Source: Bacteroidales bacterium (lineage in GTDB: Bacteria > Bacteroidota > Bacteroidia > Bacteroidales > VadinHA17). From it: a stretch of DNA of 64,000 nucleotides. The stretch spans positions 225-64,224 of the forward strand of contig JANYJP010000033.1 in NCBI GenBank assembly GCA_025358455.1. The letters are read 5' to 3'. The notes beneath the pieces were generated by a model. It ran no database searches, was not told where the DNA came from, and worked only from the letters and a program-made list of their open reading frames with translations. Both the position numbers and the translations under genes were made by a program. Below, one piece after another: positions 39,513 to 47,924 of the stretch; within the stretch, counting starts at the first letter, position 1; every line of letters begins with the position of its first letter.

Positions 39513-40538
39513 ATGGAAATCAACAAAACAAATTATGAAATATGGTTTATTGATTGGCTTGACGGCAATCTGAGCGATGCACAGGTTGAGCAGGTTACCC
39601 GGTTCCTTAACGGGAATCCCGACCTGAAAGAAGAATTTGAGGAGCTGCGAAAAGACTCAATACTTTGCGTATCTGCCTATGATTCATTCCTATATAAGGA
39701 ACAATTGAAAAAATCAACATCTGATATTATTTTATCTCAGTTCGAATATTTGTGTGTGGCGTACCTCGAAAATGATCTTTCCATTAGTCAGCAAACAGAA
39801 CTGATGAAGATAATTAATGTTGACACTGATAAGAAGAGGACCTTTAAACTAATTCAGAAAACCCGAATCTCTGCTTCTGCGATCACCTATAAACACAAAA
39901 GTCTGATGCTGAAGAGAACAGCAGCACAAACGATCATCCGCCTTTCACTGATTGGGTTAAGCGCTGCGGCTGTCATTGTGTTCATTATTATAAACTATAT
40001 CATTATACCCTGCAACACGTCCGATCCTATACTGCCTCAGGCTCAAAACATTGTAGCTGACAGCACTCTAAAACAAGTAAACATAAAAAGGGTTAAAGGA
40101 ATTAAGAAAATTAATCCTTCCAAATTTAATTCTGAATTAGTTGCAGCTCTTCCCAGAGAGTCTTTGGTAAGAATCACTGGCAACTTTGAAATAATGCCTG
40201 AAAAAATCTCTTTTAATTCTTTGATCAATTTAGAAGAACTGAATATAGATAATAAATTGATTGCATCAGCTTTAAAAATCGAAGTCCCTCACCGGGAAGA
40301 CACACGAAGCAACATTGGCAGGTTCCTGGCGAAAACTTTCCGGGAAAAAATCCTTAAGGAAAACACTAAACTTGATACGCCGCTGAGAGGATATGAGATT
40401 GCAGAAGCCGGAATCACGGGGCTTAACAAGTTGCTCGGATGGGAGATGGCTCTTAAGGAAAATAATGACGCGAATGGAACTCTTAAATCGGTTTATTTCA
40501 GTTCAAAAATCCTGAAATTTAATGCGCCTGTTAAATAA
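39513..40538 (+). CDS. Putative anti-sigma factor (single-pass membrane protein)
   Basis: 341 aa, starting 3 nt after the ECF sigma stop. The N-terminal segment WFIDWLDGNLSDAQVEQV..FLNGNPDLKEEFEEL resembles Bacteroidota anti-sigma N-domains. One TM lies at about residues 150-170. Confidence 0.45.
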   Translation: MEINKTNYEIWFIDWLDGNLSDAQVEQVTRFLNGNPDLKEEFEELRKDSILCVSAYDSFLYKEQLKKSTSDIILSQFEYLCVAYLENDLSISQQTELMKIINVDTDKKRTFKLIQKTRISASAITYKHKSLMLKRTAAQTIIRLSLIGLSAAAVIVFIIINYIIIPCNTSDPILPQAQNIVADSTLKQVNIKRVKGIKKINPSKFNSELVAALPRESLVRITGNFEIMPEKISFNSLINLEELNIDNKLIASALKIEVPHREDTRSNIGRFLAKTFREKILKENTKLDTPLRGYEIAEAGITGLNKLLGWEMALKENNDANGTLKSVYFSSKILKFNAPVK

Positions 40539-40615
40539 AGCGAACCTCTTCCGTAACTTTTTTACAACACCGTGCGTCCCACCAGAAAAAAATAACAATT
40601 TTAATTTTTACAGCC

Positions 40616-41554
40616 ATGAAAAAAATTGGAATAATAATTTTGCTCACAGCAATTTTAATGCAGGGATTCAGCCAGAAATTATCGGCGGAAAGCCAGAGTG
40701 ATAAAAAATCGGAAAACAACGTTAAAGCAGATGAAAACACAAAAGTTACAATCGGAGAAGATCTTTTAGGCGTAGAAAAAAATGATTCAATAGTTAATGT
40801 GACGATCGGAAACAGAGGTCTTAATATTCTCGAATCGCCGGAGGGACCAAAATTCAGGTTTGAAAAGTACACAGAGAGTGAGGATTGGAATGATGAAATG
40901 GATGACAGACATGAGAGAAGAAGAAACAGGTTCAGAGGACACTGGGCCGGAATCGAACTTGGTTTCAATAGCTATGTTACAACTGATAATAGTAACGTAA
41001 TGCCTGATGATATTAACTACATGACCCTTAACTCAGGCAAATCTTCCAACTTTAACATCAATTTTAGTCAGCTAAGCCTTGGATTAGCCAGGCATATCGG
41101 ATTTGTTACAGGCCTTGGCTTAAACTGGAATAATTACAGATTTGATGGAAATAACAATATACTTAAAGGCAGCAATGGAGTAATTGAGATGCTTGATCCG
41201 GGTTCGGTACTTAAAAAATCAAAACTAGCTACTCTTTATCTTACGCTTCCTTTTATGCTGGAAATGCAACTGCCTGTTAATTCAAATCATCTCAGTATTG
41301 CCGCCGGACCAATAGGCGCAGTGAAATTAGGATCGCATACAAAAATGGTATTCGAGGACGGACAGAAAATAAAATCTGATGGCGATTTTAGTCTTAACAT
41401 GCTCAGATATGGAGCAACTGCCCGTGTGGGATATGGAAATTTTCAGATATATGGAACTTATTATAAAACTCCTCTCTTCCAGAAAGGTAAAGGTGCGGGT
41501 GGATATGATCTGTATCCTTTTGAAATAGGTGTGGCATTTACATTCAATAATTAA
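40616..41554 (+). CDS. Outer-membrane beta-barrel (porin-family-like) protein
   Basis: 312 aa with a signal peptide (MKKIGIIILLTAILMQGFSQ). The second half has an alternating beta-strand pattern and ends ...FEIGVAFTFNN. Confidence 0.55.
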   Translation: MKKIGIIILLTAILMQGFSQKLSAESQSDKKSENNVKADENTKVTIGEDLLGVEKNDSIVNVTIGNRGLNILESPEGPKFRFEKYTESEDWNDEMDDRHERRRNRFRGHWAGIELGFNSYVTTDNSNVMPDDINYMTLNSGKSSNFNINFSQLSLGLARHIGFVTGLGLNWNNYRFDGNNNILKGSNGVIEMLDPGSVLKKSKLATLYLTLPFMLEMQLPVNSNHLSIAAGPIGAVKLGSHTKMVFEDGQKIKSDGDFSLNMLRYGATARVGYGNFQIYGTYYKTPLFQKGKGAGGYDLYPFEIGVAFTFNN

Positions 41555-41575
41555 TTTTTTATTCATTCCCGGTAC

Positions 41576-41606
41576 TGTAGAGACGGTCAAGTTGGCCGTC
41601 TCTACA
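41576..41606. repeat. Conserved-arm palindrome, copy 2 (terminator-like hairpin)
   Basis: The sequence is TGTAGAGACGGTCAA G TTGGCCGTCTCTACA, a 15+15 dyad with one T/G (wobble) position. It lies 22 nt downstream of the OMP gene stop. Confidence 0.75.
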
Positions 41607-41764
41607 TGTTTGATATTGTTTGTATTATACCTCTTCAGTATCTTTGTGTTAATTGAATTGAAATTATAATGACAGGCGAAATATTATCACCTGGGGAGAT
41701 CTTTCCCCTTGCAGCGATTTATCCTTCCTTCTTAAATTAGAGAACTTTATTTATTCAAATGAAT

Positions 41765-41772
41765 TAACTTTG
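41765..41772 (+). promoter_or_regulatory. -7 box TAACTTTG upstream of the AsmA-like gene
   Basis: Matches TAnnTTTG, 43 nt upstream of the ATG at 41816. Another match (TATCTTTG) lies at 41639-41646. Confidence 0.4.
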
Positions 41773-41815
41773 CTCGCCGGATTTTTTCCGGCTGACAGAA
41801 ATTTCTTTTTAATGC

Positions 41816-44431
41816 ATGAAACTCTTCCTGAAAATACTTAAACTTTTCCTGGTACTTGTACTATCGGTATCTATTATCCTGGTTTCAGCCTCACTTCTTC
41901 TGCAGGATAGGGTTGCTGGCATAATCCTGAGTTCGCTTAACAGGAATATTTCGACAAAACTTGATATTGGCTCCTTCAAATTATCCTTCCTGAAAAAATT
42001 TCCAAAAGCATCCCTTGAATTAAAAAATGTAGTTGTTCATTCATCTTCAGAGTTTGATTCAAAGCAATTTACAGGAATGAATACCGATACTCTTCTGGAA
42101 GCCAGAAATGTGTCAGTTGAGTTCAAAATAACTGATGTTATCAAAGGCAATTACTATATTGAAAGGATAAGCGCAAAAGACGGGAAAGCTTTTTTTTATA
42201 CCGATACTGCAGGTCATGTCAATTACCATGTATCAGTTAAAAACGGCAATGCCGGGAATGAAGTTTTTACAATCAACCTCGAAAGAATAAACCTTAGTGA
42301 TTTTAAGGGTTACTACAACAACCTGGCTATAAAATTAATAATTAGTGGTTTGATAAATAATGGCAAACTAAAAAGTAAAATATCAGGTGAGAATATAGAT
42401 TTTATTGCAGCAGCAAATATGCAAACGGACTACTTTCAGCTCTACAATACTATTATAACAAAACCTGTTACAACCAGCCTGAATTTAATCCTTCAAAGTT
42501 CAAAAAGCGGTGTTCTTTTCAGAAAAGGCACTCTTTCGGTAGAAAATTATCAGTTTGGACTGGACGGGTTTGTTTCTTCATCTAACATACTTGATCTCAA
42601 TGTCACAGGTTTTAATGTCGATATCGCGAAGATCAGGAAATACCTGCCCGAAAAGTATCTTAAAATAGTTTCTGATTATAATCCATCCGGTGTACTAATT
42701 GCAGAAGCTAAAATCAAGGGTCCTCTTTCAAGAACCAAAAACCCGCATGTTGAGATAAATTGTGTTCTTAAGAATGGCCATATTGCTTATGGTAAATCAA
42801 AACTGGCAATAAACAACCTGTCATTTACCGGGCATTTATCGAACGGATCAAAAAACCGGTTTTCGACCAGCTCTGTTTCATTTAAAGATATCAGAGTTAA
42901 GTTTGGATCCTCGGAATATACAGGCTCTGTTATCATTTCAGACTTTTACCATCCAAGAACTAATATAGTTTTCAAAGGAAGAATTTTCCCGGGTGAAATT
43001 AAAGAGTTTTTCAATATTCAGAAGCTTTCAATGGCTGAGGGTTCTGTTGATGTTGATCTTAAACTCGCGACAAACTTCTGGCCCAAAGACTCAGTTATAA
43101 TTAATGACATTATTGATTTGAAGCCAGAGGCAGCACTTATATTTAATTCATTTTCCATCGGGTTTCAAAATAATCCTTTTTTAGTAAATAATGTATCCGG
43201 GAACCTGTCACTTTCTGATGTTTCAAGGGCAGAAAATCTCAACTTAACATATAAAGGACAAAAAATTAAAGTAAACGGAGAATTCAGAAACCTGCCTGAA
43301 TGGCTTGTTGGCAGACCGGTTAAGATGATCGCAACTGCCGATGTTTCATTCAACCGGCTGATTCCCGAAGCCTTTATGAAAATACCGGTTTCTGATAAAA
43401 CACGGCCAGTTACTAAAACAGCCATTAAATTACCGGGCGATCTCATTGTTGATATAAACTTCAGAATTGACAGTATCAGCTACAAAACTTTTTCATGTTC
43501 AAAAGTAGCAGGAACGCTTAATTACAAGCCCCGATTACTTACCTTTAAGTCGCTGAATATGCATTCATTGAGCGGCGCCATCTCAGGTACCGGTTTCGTC
43601 ATTCAGAACCCCAGCAAATCATTAATTGCAAAGGGCAACTTTAATCTCAGCAACATTAATATAAATAAAGCCTTTACAACCTTCCACAATTTCGGACAGA
43701 ATTTTATAAAAGCTGAAAACCTTTCAGGAACTCTTTCCGGCTCGCTTTCAGTTCTCATTCCGATGGATTCCATGCTTAAGGCACAGATAAAATCAGTTAC
43801 AGCTGAAGGAAAGTATATCATTGTTGATGGAGGTCTCATTAATTTTGATCCGGTAAAAAAGCTTTCATCATATATTGAACTTTCAGAGCTTGAAAACATT
43901 CATTTTGAGCAACTTAAAAACGACTTTTTTATCAGGAATAATTTTCTTTATACTCCTCAGATGGATGTAAAATCATCTGCAGCAGATCTTTCTGTTAATG
44001 GGAAACACAGCTTTGATAACAATTATGAATATCATGTCAAAATACTTTTATCTGAAATTCTTAGCAGGAAAAGAAAGAAAAACAAAAGCAATGTTACGGA
44101 ATTCGGTATAGTACAGGATGATGGATTAGGTCGTACTTCAATGTTGTTAAAAGTTACAGGCAAAGGTGAAGATGTAAAAGTAGGTTATGACCTCAAGGCG
44201 GCAGGCACAGAGGTAAAAAGTAACATTAAGGCGGAAAGACAGACGCTCAAATCAATTCTTAATCAGGAGTATGGCTGGTATAAAAGTGATACAACTGCAA
44301 AGCAGAAACCGGTCGAAAAAAAATCACGATTCAGGATAAGCTGGGATGAGACTGACAGCACCGGGGCAACATCTGCCCCTCCTGTTGTAAAGAAAGAATC
44401 AGGGGTGAAAAGTTTCTTTAAGAAAAAATAA
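41816..44431 (+). CDS. AsmA-family / AsmA-like large envelope protein
   Basis: 871 aa. One N-terminal TM anchor is followed by a long beta-rich body and a basic C-tail. The call rests on architecture, not on a specific motif. Confidence 0.55.
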   Translation: MKLFLKILKLFLVLVLSVSIILVSASLLLQDRVAGIILSSLNRNISTKLDIGSFKLSFLKKFPKASLELKNVVVHSSSEFDSKQFTGMNTDTLLEARNVSVEFKITDVIKGNYYIERISAKDGKAFFYTDTAGHVNYHVSVKNGNAGNEVFTINLERINLSDFKGYYNNLAIKLIISGLINNGKLKSKISGENIDFIAAANMQTDYFQLYNTIITKPVTTSLNLILQSSKSGVLFRKGTLSVENYQFGLDGFVSSSNILDLNVTGFNVDIAKIRKYLPEKYLKIVSDYNPSGVLIAEAKIKGPLSRTKNPHVEINCVLKNGHIAYGKSKLAINNLSFTGHLSNGSKNRFSTSSVSFKDIRVKFGSSEYTGSVIISDFYHPRTNIVFKGRIFPGEIKEFFNIQKLSMAEGSVDVDLKLATNFWPKDSVIINDIIDLKPEAALIFNSFSIGFQNNPFLVNNVSGNLSLSDVSRAENLNLTYKGQKIKVNGEFRNLPEWLVGRPVKMIATADVSFNRLIPEAFMKIPVSDKTRPVTKTAIKLPGDLIVDINFRIDSISYKTFSCSKVAGTLNYKPRLLTFKSLNMHSLSGAISGTGFVIQNPSKSLIAKGNFNLSNININKAFTTFHNFGQNFIKAENLSGTLSGSLSVLIPMDSMLKAQIKSVTAEGKYIIVDGGLINFDPVKKLSSYIELSELENIHFEQLKNDFFIRNNFLYTPQMDVKSSAADLSVNGKHSFDNNYEYHVKILLSEILSRKRKKNKSNVTEFGIVQDDGLGRTSMLLKVTGKGEDVKVGYDLKAAGTEVKSNIKAERQTLKSILNQEYGWYKSDTTAKQKPVEKKSRFRISWDETDSTGATSAPPVVKKESGVKSFFKKK

Positions 44432-44444
44432 ATTGTAGAGGACA

Positions 44445-45602
44445 TTGAATATTTTTCGTCATAATAATCCCGGGAAGCTGTTTTTGCTCCTTTTTTCAAT
44501 ACTCATTGGAATGGGTTCACTTTATTATACCGGAAACCTCGTGATAAAGTTAAAGGTTGAGGAAAGAAAAAACATTGAACTGTGGGCCGAGGCAACAAGA
44601 CTTGTATCTCTTTCGGATACAACCCAGAATGTTGATTTCCTTTTTTCAATCATAGATAATAACAAAACAATTCCGGTAATTCTTACTGATGAATCTGATA
44701 GTATAATCTCTGCAGGTAACTTCGATACCCAAAAGACAGGCGATAAGCAATTTCTGAAAAAGAGCCTAAAAAAAATAAAGGAGAAAAATGAACCTATAGT
44801 CATAGACCTTGAAAAGGGCCACTATAACCGGATATATTATAACGACAGCATAATCCTTACAATGTTGATTTTCTATCCTTTCATTCAGCTTGGTATAATC
44901 ATCATGTTTATTATCGTATCGTATCTGGCATTCAGATCATCGCGGAAAGCCGAACAAAACCAGGTCTGGGTAGGTATGTCTAAAGAGACCGCTCATCAGT
45001 TGGGTACTCCAACCTCATCTCTTGCAGGCTGGATAGAAGTTCTTCAACAGAACTATCCCGATATTTCAATAACAAAAGAACTAGCCCTTGATGTTCAACG
45101 ACTTGAAAAAGTTACTGAAAGATTTTCAAGAATCGGATCAAAACCAGCACTCGTAAATGAGAATATTATTGAGATTATTTCACATGCTATTGATTACCTG
45201 AAAACAAGAACATCATCGAAAGTCATTTTCATTACTGATTATAATATCGAAAATAAAGTTATTGTTCCTGTGAATACTGCGCTTTTTGAATGGGTCATCG
45301 AGAATGTATCTAAGAATGCCATAGACGCGATGGAGGGAAACGGAAAGATCACTGTCAGAATAATGGAAACTGATAAAAATGCTATAATCGATATCCTGGA
45401 CACAGGTAAAGGAATTCCAAAATCACTATTCAATAAAATTTTTAATCCGGGGTTCACAACAAAACAACGCGGCTGGGGTCTTGGACTTTCACTTGCAAAA
45501 CGGATTATCGAAGAATACCACCATGGAAAAATATTCGTCCGTAATTCTGAAGTTGGCAAGGGATCGTGTATCAGGATTGTGATGAACAAGGGAAAATTCT
45601 AA
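44445..45602 (+). CDS. Sensor histidine kinase (2 TM); TTG start; no adjacent response regulator
   Basis: 385 aa. H-box is ETAHQLGTPTSSLAGW. HATPase boxes are NVSKNAIDAM, DTGKGIP and GWGLGLSLA. Only the TTG at 44445 includes the first TM. Confidence 0.8.
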   Translation: MNIFRHNNPGKLFLLLFSILIGMGSLYYTGNLVIKLKVEERKNIELWAEATRLVSLSDTTQNVDFLFSIIDNNKTIPVILTDESDSIISAGNFDTQKTGDKQFLKKSLKKIKEKNEPIVIDLEKGHYNRIYYNDSIILTMLIFYPFIQLGIIIMFIIVSYLAFRSSRKAEQNQVWVGMSKETAHQLGTPTSSLAGWIEVLQQNYPDISITKELALDVQRLEKVTERFSRIGSKPALVNENIIEIISHAIDYLKTRTSSKVIFITDYNIENKVIVPVNTALFEWVIENVSKNAIDAMEGNGKITVRIMETDKNAIIDILDTGKGIPKSLFNKIFNPGFTTKQRGWGLGLSLAKRIIEEYHHGKIFVRNSEVGKGSCIRIVMNKGKF

Positions 45603-45606
45603 TTTC

Positions 45607-45614
45607 TATATTTG
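45607..45614 (+). promoter_or_regulatory. -7 box TATATTTG upstream of the U32 gene
   Basis: Matches TAnnTTTG, 9 nt upstream of the ATG at 45624. Confidence 0.4.
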
Positions 45615-45623
45615 CAGCGCTTT

Positions 45624-46868
45624 ATGAACAGAAAAGATATTGAGATAATGGCTCCTGCAGGCTCATATGAGTCACTGATGGCAGCTATTCAGGGCGGTGC
45701 TGATTCGGTTTATTTCGGAGCTGAGCAACTCAATATGAGAGCTGCCTCATCAAATAATTTCACAATTGAGGACCTGAGGAAAATTGTTTCGATCTGCAAA
45801 AAAAATGGACTTAAAAGCTATCTGACTGTAAATGTGGTAGTATTTGATCACGAAATTGAACAGATGCACAACATTATTGATGCAGCCGTGGAAAGTGGTA
45901 TTTCAGCTGTGATTGCTTCAGATCTTTCGGTTATTAATTATGCATTCTCCTCAGGTATTGAAGTACATCTTTCAACACAACTGAATATCACCAATGTTGA
46001 AGCTTTGAAGTTTTATTCCCGGTGGGCAGATGTTGCCGTTCTGGCCCGTGAGTTGAATATCGGCCAGGTAAAACACATTTACAACAGCATCCTTGAGCAG
46101 AATATCAGGGGGCCGAAAGGAGATCTTGTCAAAATTGAAATGTTTGTTCACGGAGCTCTGTGCATGGCTATCTCAGGAAAATGCTATTTAAGTCTTCATG
46201 AAAATAACAAATCGGCAAACAGGGGGGAATGTTACCAGACCTGCAGGAAATCATATATTGTTACAGGAAAAGAATCAGGCTATGAGCTAGAGATTGATAA
46301 TGAATATATCATGTCACCTAAAGACCTCTGTACTATCGGATTCCTTGACAAACTTACTGAATCCGGAGTAAAAGTCTTGAAAATAGAAGGCAGGGCGCGT
46401 TCTGCTGAATATGTCAAAGAAGTTTCGAAATGTTATGATGAGGCCATCAAAGCTATTGCAGAAGGAACGTATACCAAAGAAAAAACGGATTTATGGAGAG
46501 CGAGGCTTTCAACGGTTTTTAACCGGGGTTTCTGGGATGGATATTACCTTGGACAAAAGATGGGGGAATGGAATTCCAATTATGGTTCAAGCGCAACAAA
46601 AAGAAAGGTTTATATCGGAAAGATCACCAATTACTTTAAAAAGCTTGACGTGGCCGAGATCAAACTGGAAAACGGCGATCTGAACAAAGGCGATACAATC
46701 CTTATTACCGGACCCACGACCGGGGTGATGGAATACATTGCAGATGAGATAAGAGTTGACCTGATGGTTGTGGAGAGGGCTTTAAAAGGAGAATTGTGCT
46801 CAATTAAAACGCCCGATATCCTGAGGCGGTCTGACAAGGTATATAAATGGGTAGATGCTAAAGATTAA
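45624..46868 (+). CDS. Peptidase U32 family protein (family includes the tRNA/rRNA hydroxylation factors TrhP and RlhA)
   Basis: The ORF-track TTG at 45612 lies inside a TATATTTG -7 box (45607-45614), so the ATG at 45624 (MNRKDIEIMAPAGS) is preferred. U32 motif is EMFVHGALCMAISGKCYLS. Confidence 0.85.
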   Translation: MNRKDIEIMAPAGSYESLMAAIQGGADSVYFGAEQLNMRAASSNNFTIEDLRKIVSICKKNGLKSYLTVNVVVFDHEIEQMHNIIDAAVESGISAVIASDLSVINYAFSSGIEVHLSTQLNITNVEALKFYSRWADVAVLARELNIGQVKHIYNSILEQNIRGPKGDLVKIEMFVHGALCMAISGKCYLSLHENNKSANRGECYQTCRKSYIVTGKESGYELEIDNEYIMSPKDLCTIGFLDKLTESGVKVLKIEGRARSAEYVKEVSKCYDEAIKAIAEGTYTKEKTDLWRARLSTVFNRGFWDGYYLGQKMGEWNSNYGSSATKRKVYIGKITNYFKKLDVAEIKLENGDLNKGDTILITGPTTGVMEYIADEIRVDLMVVERALKGELCSIKTPDILRRSDKVYKWVDAKD

Positions 46869-47902
46869 AGCCAGGTTATCTTCCGTGCCGCCTCAATTAT
46901 CTTCAATGCATTGGTCTCAACATCATCAGAATCTGTGTCAACATATACCAGGTTTTTAAGTGGTTTCTTTTTCAACCCGAACATGTATGCTTTATCATAA
47001 TAGAAAAGAGTTATTTCAATTGCTCTTGCAAAATTTCCTGCCTCAACAGCTTCAAGTGCGTCCCGTGTATTATCCCCTCCAAGCCGTTTGCTTATCTTCA
47101 TAATTGATGCTTTCAGTGAATCGGAGGGGTATGCTGAATACTCTTCCAATAGTCGGGGTAATCTGGTTTTAACATCCATCAATAGTATAATTGTCATGGA
47201 ATCCTGCATGTTCAAATAAAAACTGTCAGGCATAAATGCTAAACCGATGTTCCTGCTTTCATCCTCCACCCAAAGAGGAAGATCACTCTGAAGTTTTTTC
47301 CATTCATTATAAAGATTGTTAGAAAATTGTTCGGTAGACGGCTGGGGAGGTTGTCCAAGCGACCCGAAGGCCGATCCCCTGTGATTTGCAATGCCTTCAA
47401 GGTCTATTACCTGATGACCCTTTTCCCTGAGGTATCTGAGAATATGGGTTTTGCTGCTACCTGTCATTCCGCCCAGTACAATCAGCTTTCTTTTGCCTGA
47501 AAGGCTATGAAGAACATGATGCCGGTATGATTTATATCCGCCTTCCAGCACCTCAGTCTGTAGATCTCCCAGTGAAAAGAGCCATGCCATTGCTTCGGAT
47601 CTCATTCCCCCCCTCCAGCAATGTACGAGAAGCTTTCCGTTTTTTGCATAATTAAGAGCAAGTTCAAGTTTGGTGGTCATAGAGGGACCTGTATACATTA
47701 ATCCCTCAAGGATTGCCGGCACGCGTCCTTCTTTCTTATATTTTATGCCGACGGCTTCCCGTTCTTTGTCGTTAAAAAGCGGAATGTTGACTGCTCCGGG
47801 AATATGACCCATGTTAAATTCAGAAGGAGATCTGACATCCACAACCGGAATGGTCTCAGAAAGCTCGAGAAACCTTAATATGTCTATTTTTCCGGGTTGC
47901 AT
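46865..47902 (-). CDS. mnmH: tRNA 2-selenouridine(34) synthase
   Basis: The long ORF (to 48058) overlaps the upstream gene, so the Met at 47902 (MQPGKIDILRFLE...) is preferred. It has a rhodanese domain with the active site HCWRGGMRS and a P-loop GGMTGSSKT. Confidence 0.85.
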   Translation of the reverse strand: MQPGKIDILRFLELSETIPVVDVRSPSEFNMGHIPGAVNIPLFNDKEREAVGIKYKKEGRVPAILEGLMYTGPSMTTKLELALNYAKNGKLLVHCWRGGMRSEAMAWLFSLGDLQTEVLEGGYKSYRHHVLHSLSGKRKLIVLGGMTGSSKTHILRYLREKGHQVIDLEGIANHRGSAFGSLGQPPQPSTEQFSNNLYNEWKKLQSDLPLWVEDESRNIGLAFMPDSFYLNMQDSMTIILLMDVKTRLPRLLEEYSAYPSDSLKASIMKISKRLGGDNTRDALEAVEAGNFARAIEITLFYYDKAYMFGLKKKPLKNLVYVDTDSDDVETNALKIIEAARKITWL

Positions 47903-47924
47903 TATTTTATAACCAGATAGTATT

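Noticed and set aside
40531-40968. 145-aa minus-strand ORF spanning the anti-sigma/OMP junction
   Set aside because: It is antisense to the start of the signal-peptide-bearing OMP gene and to the intergenic promoter region. The sequence is Ser/Phe/Leu-rich, typical of AT-rich antisense frames.
41669-41740. 23-codon upstream ORF (MTGEILSPGEIFPLAAIYPSFLN) in the spacer before the AsmA-like gene
   Set aside because: There is no supporting signal beyond being open, and a second promoter box downstream (41765-41772) would exclude it from the main transcript. I cannot distinguish it from chance.
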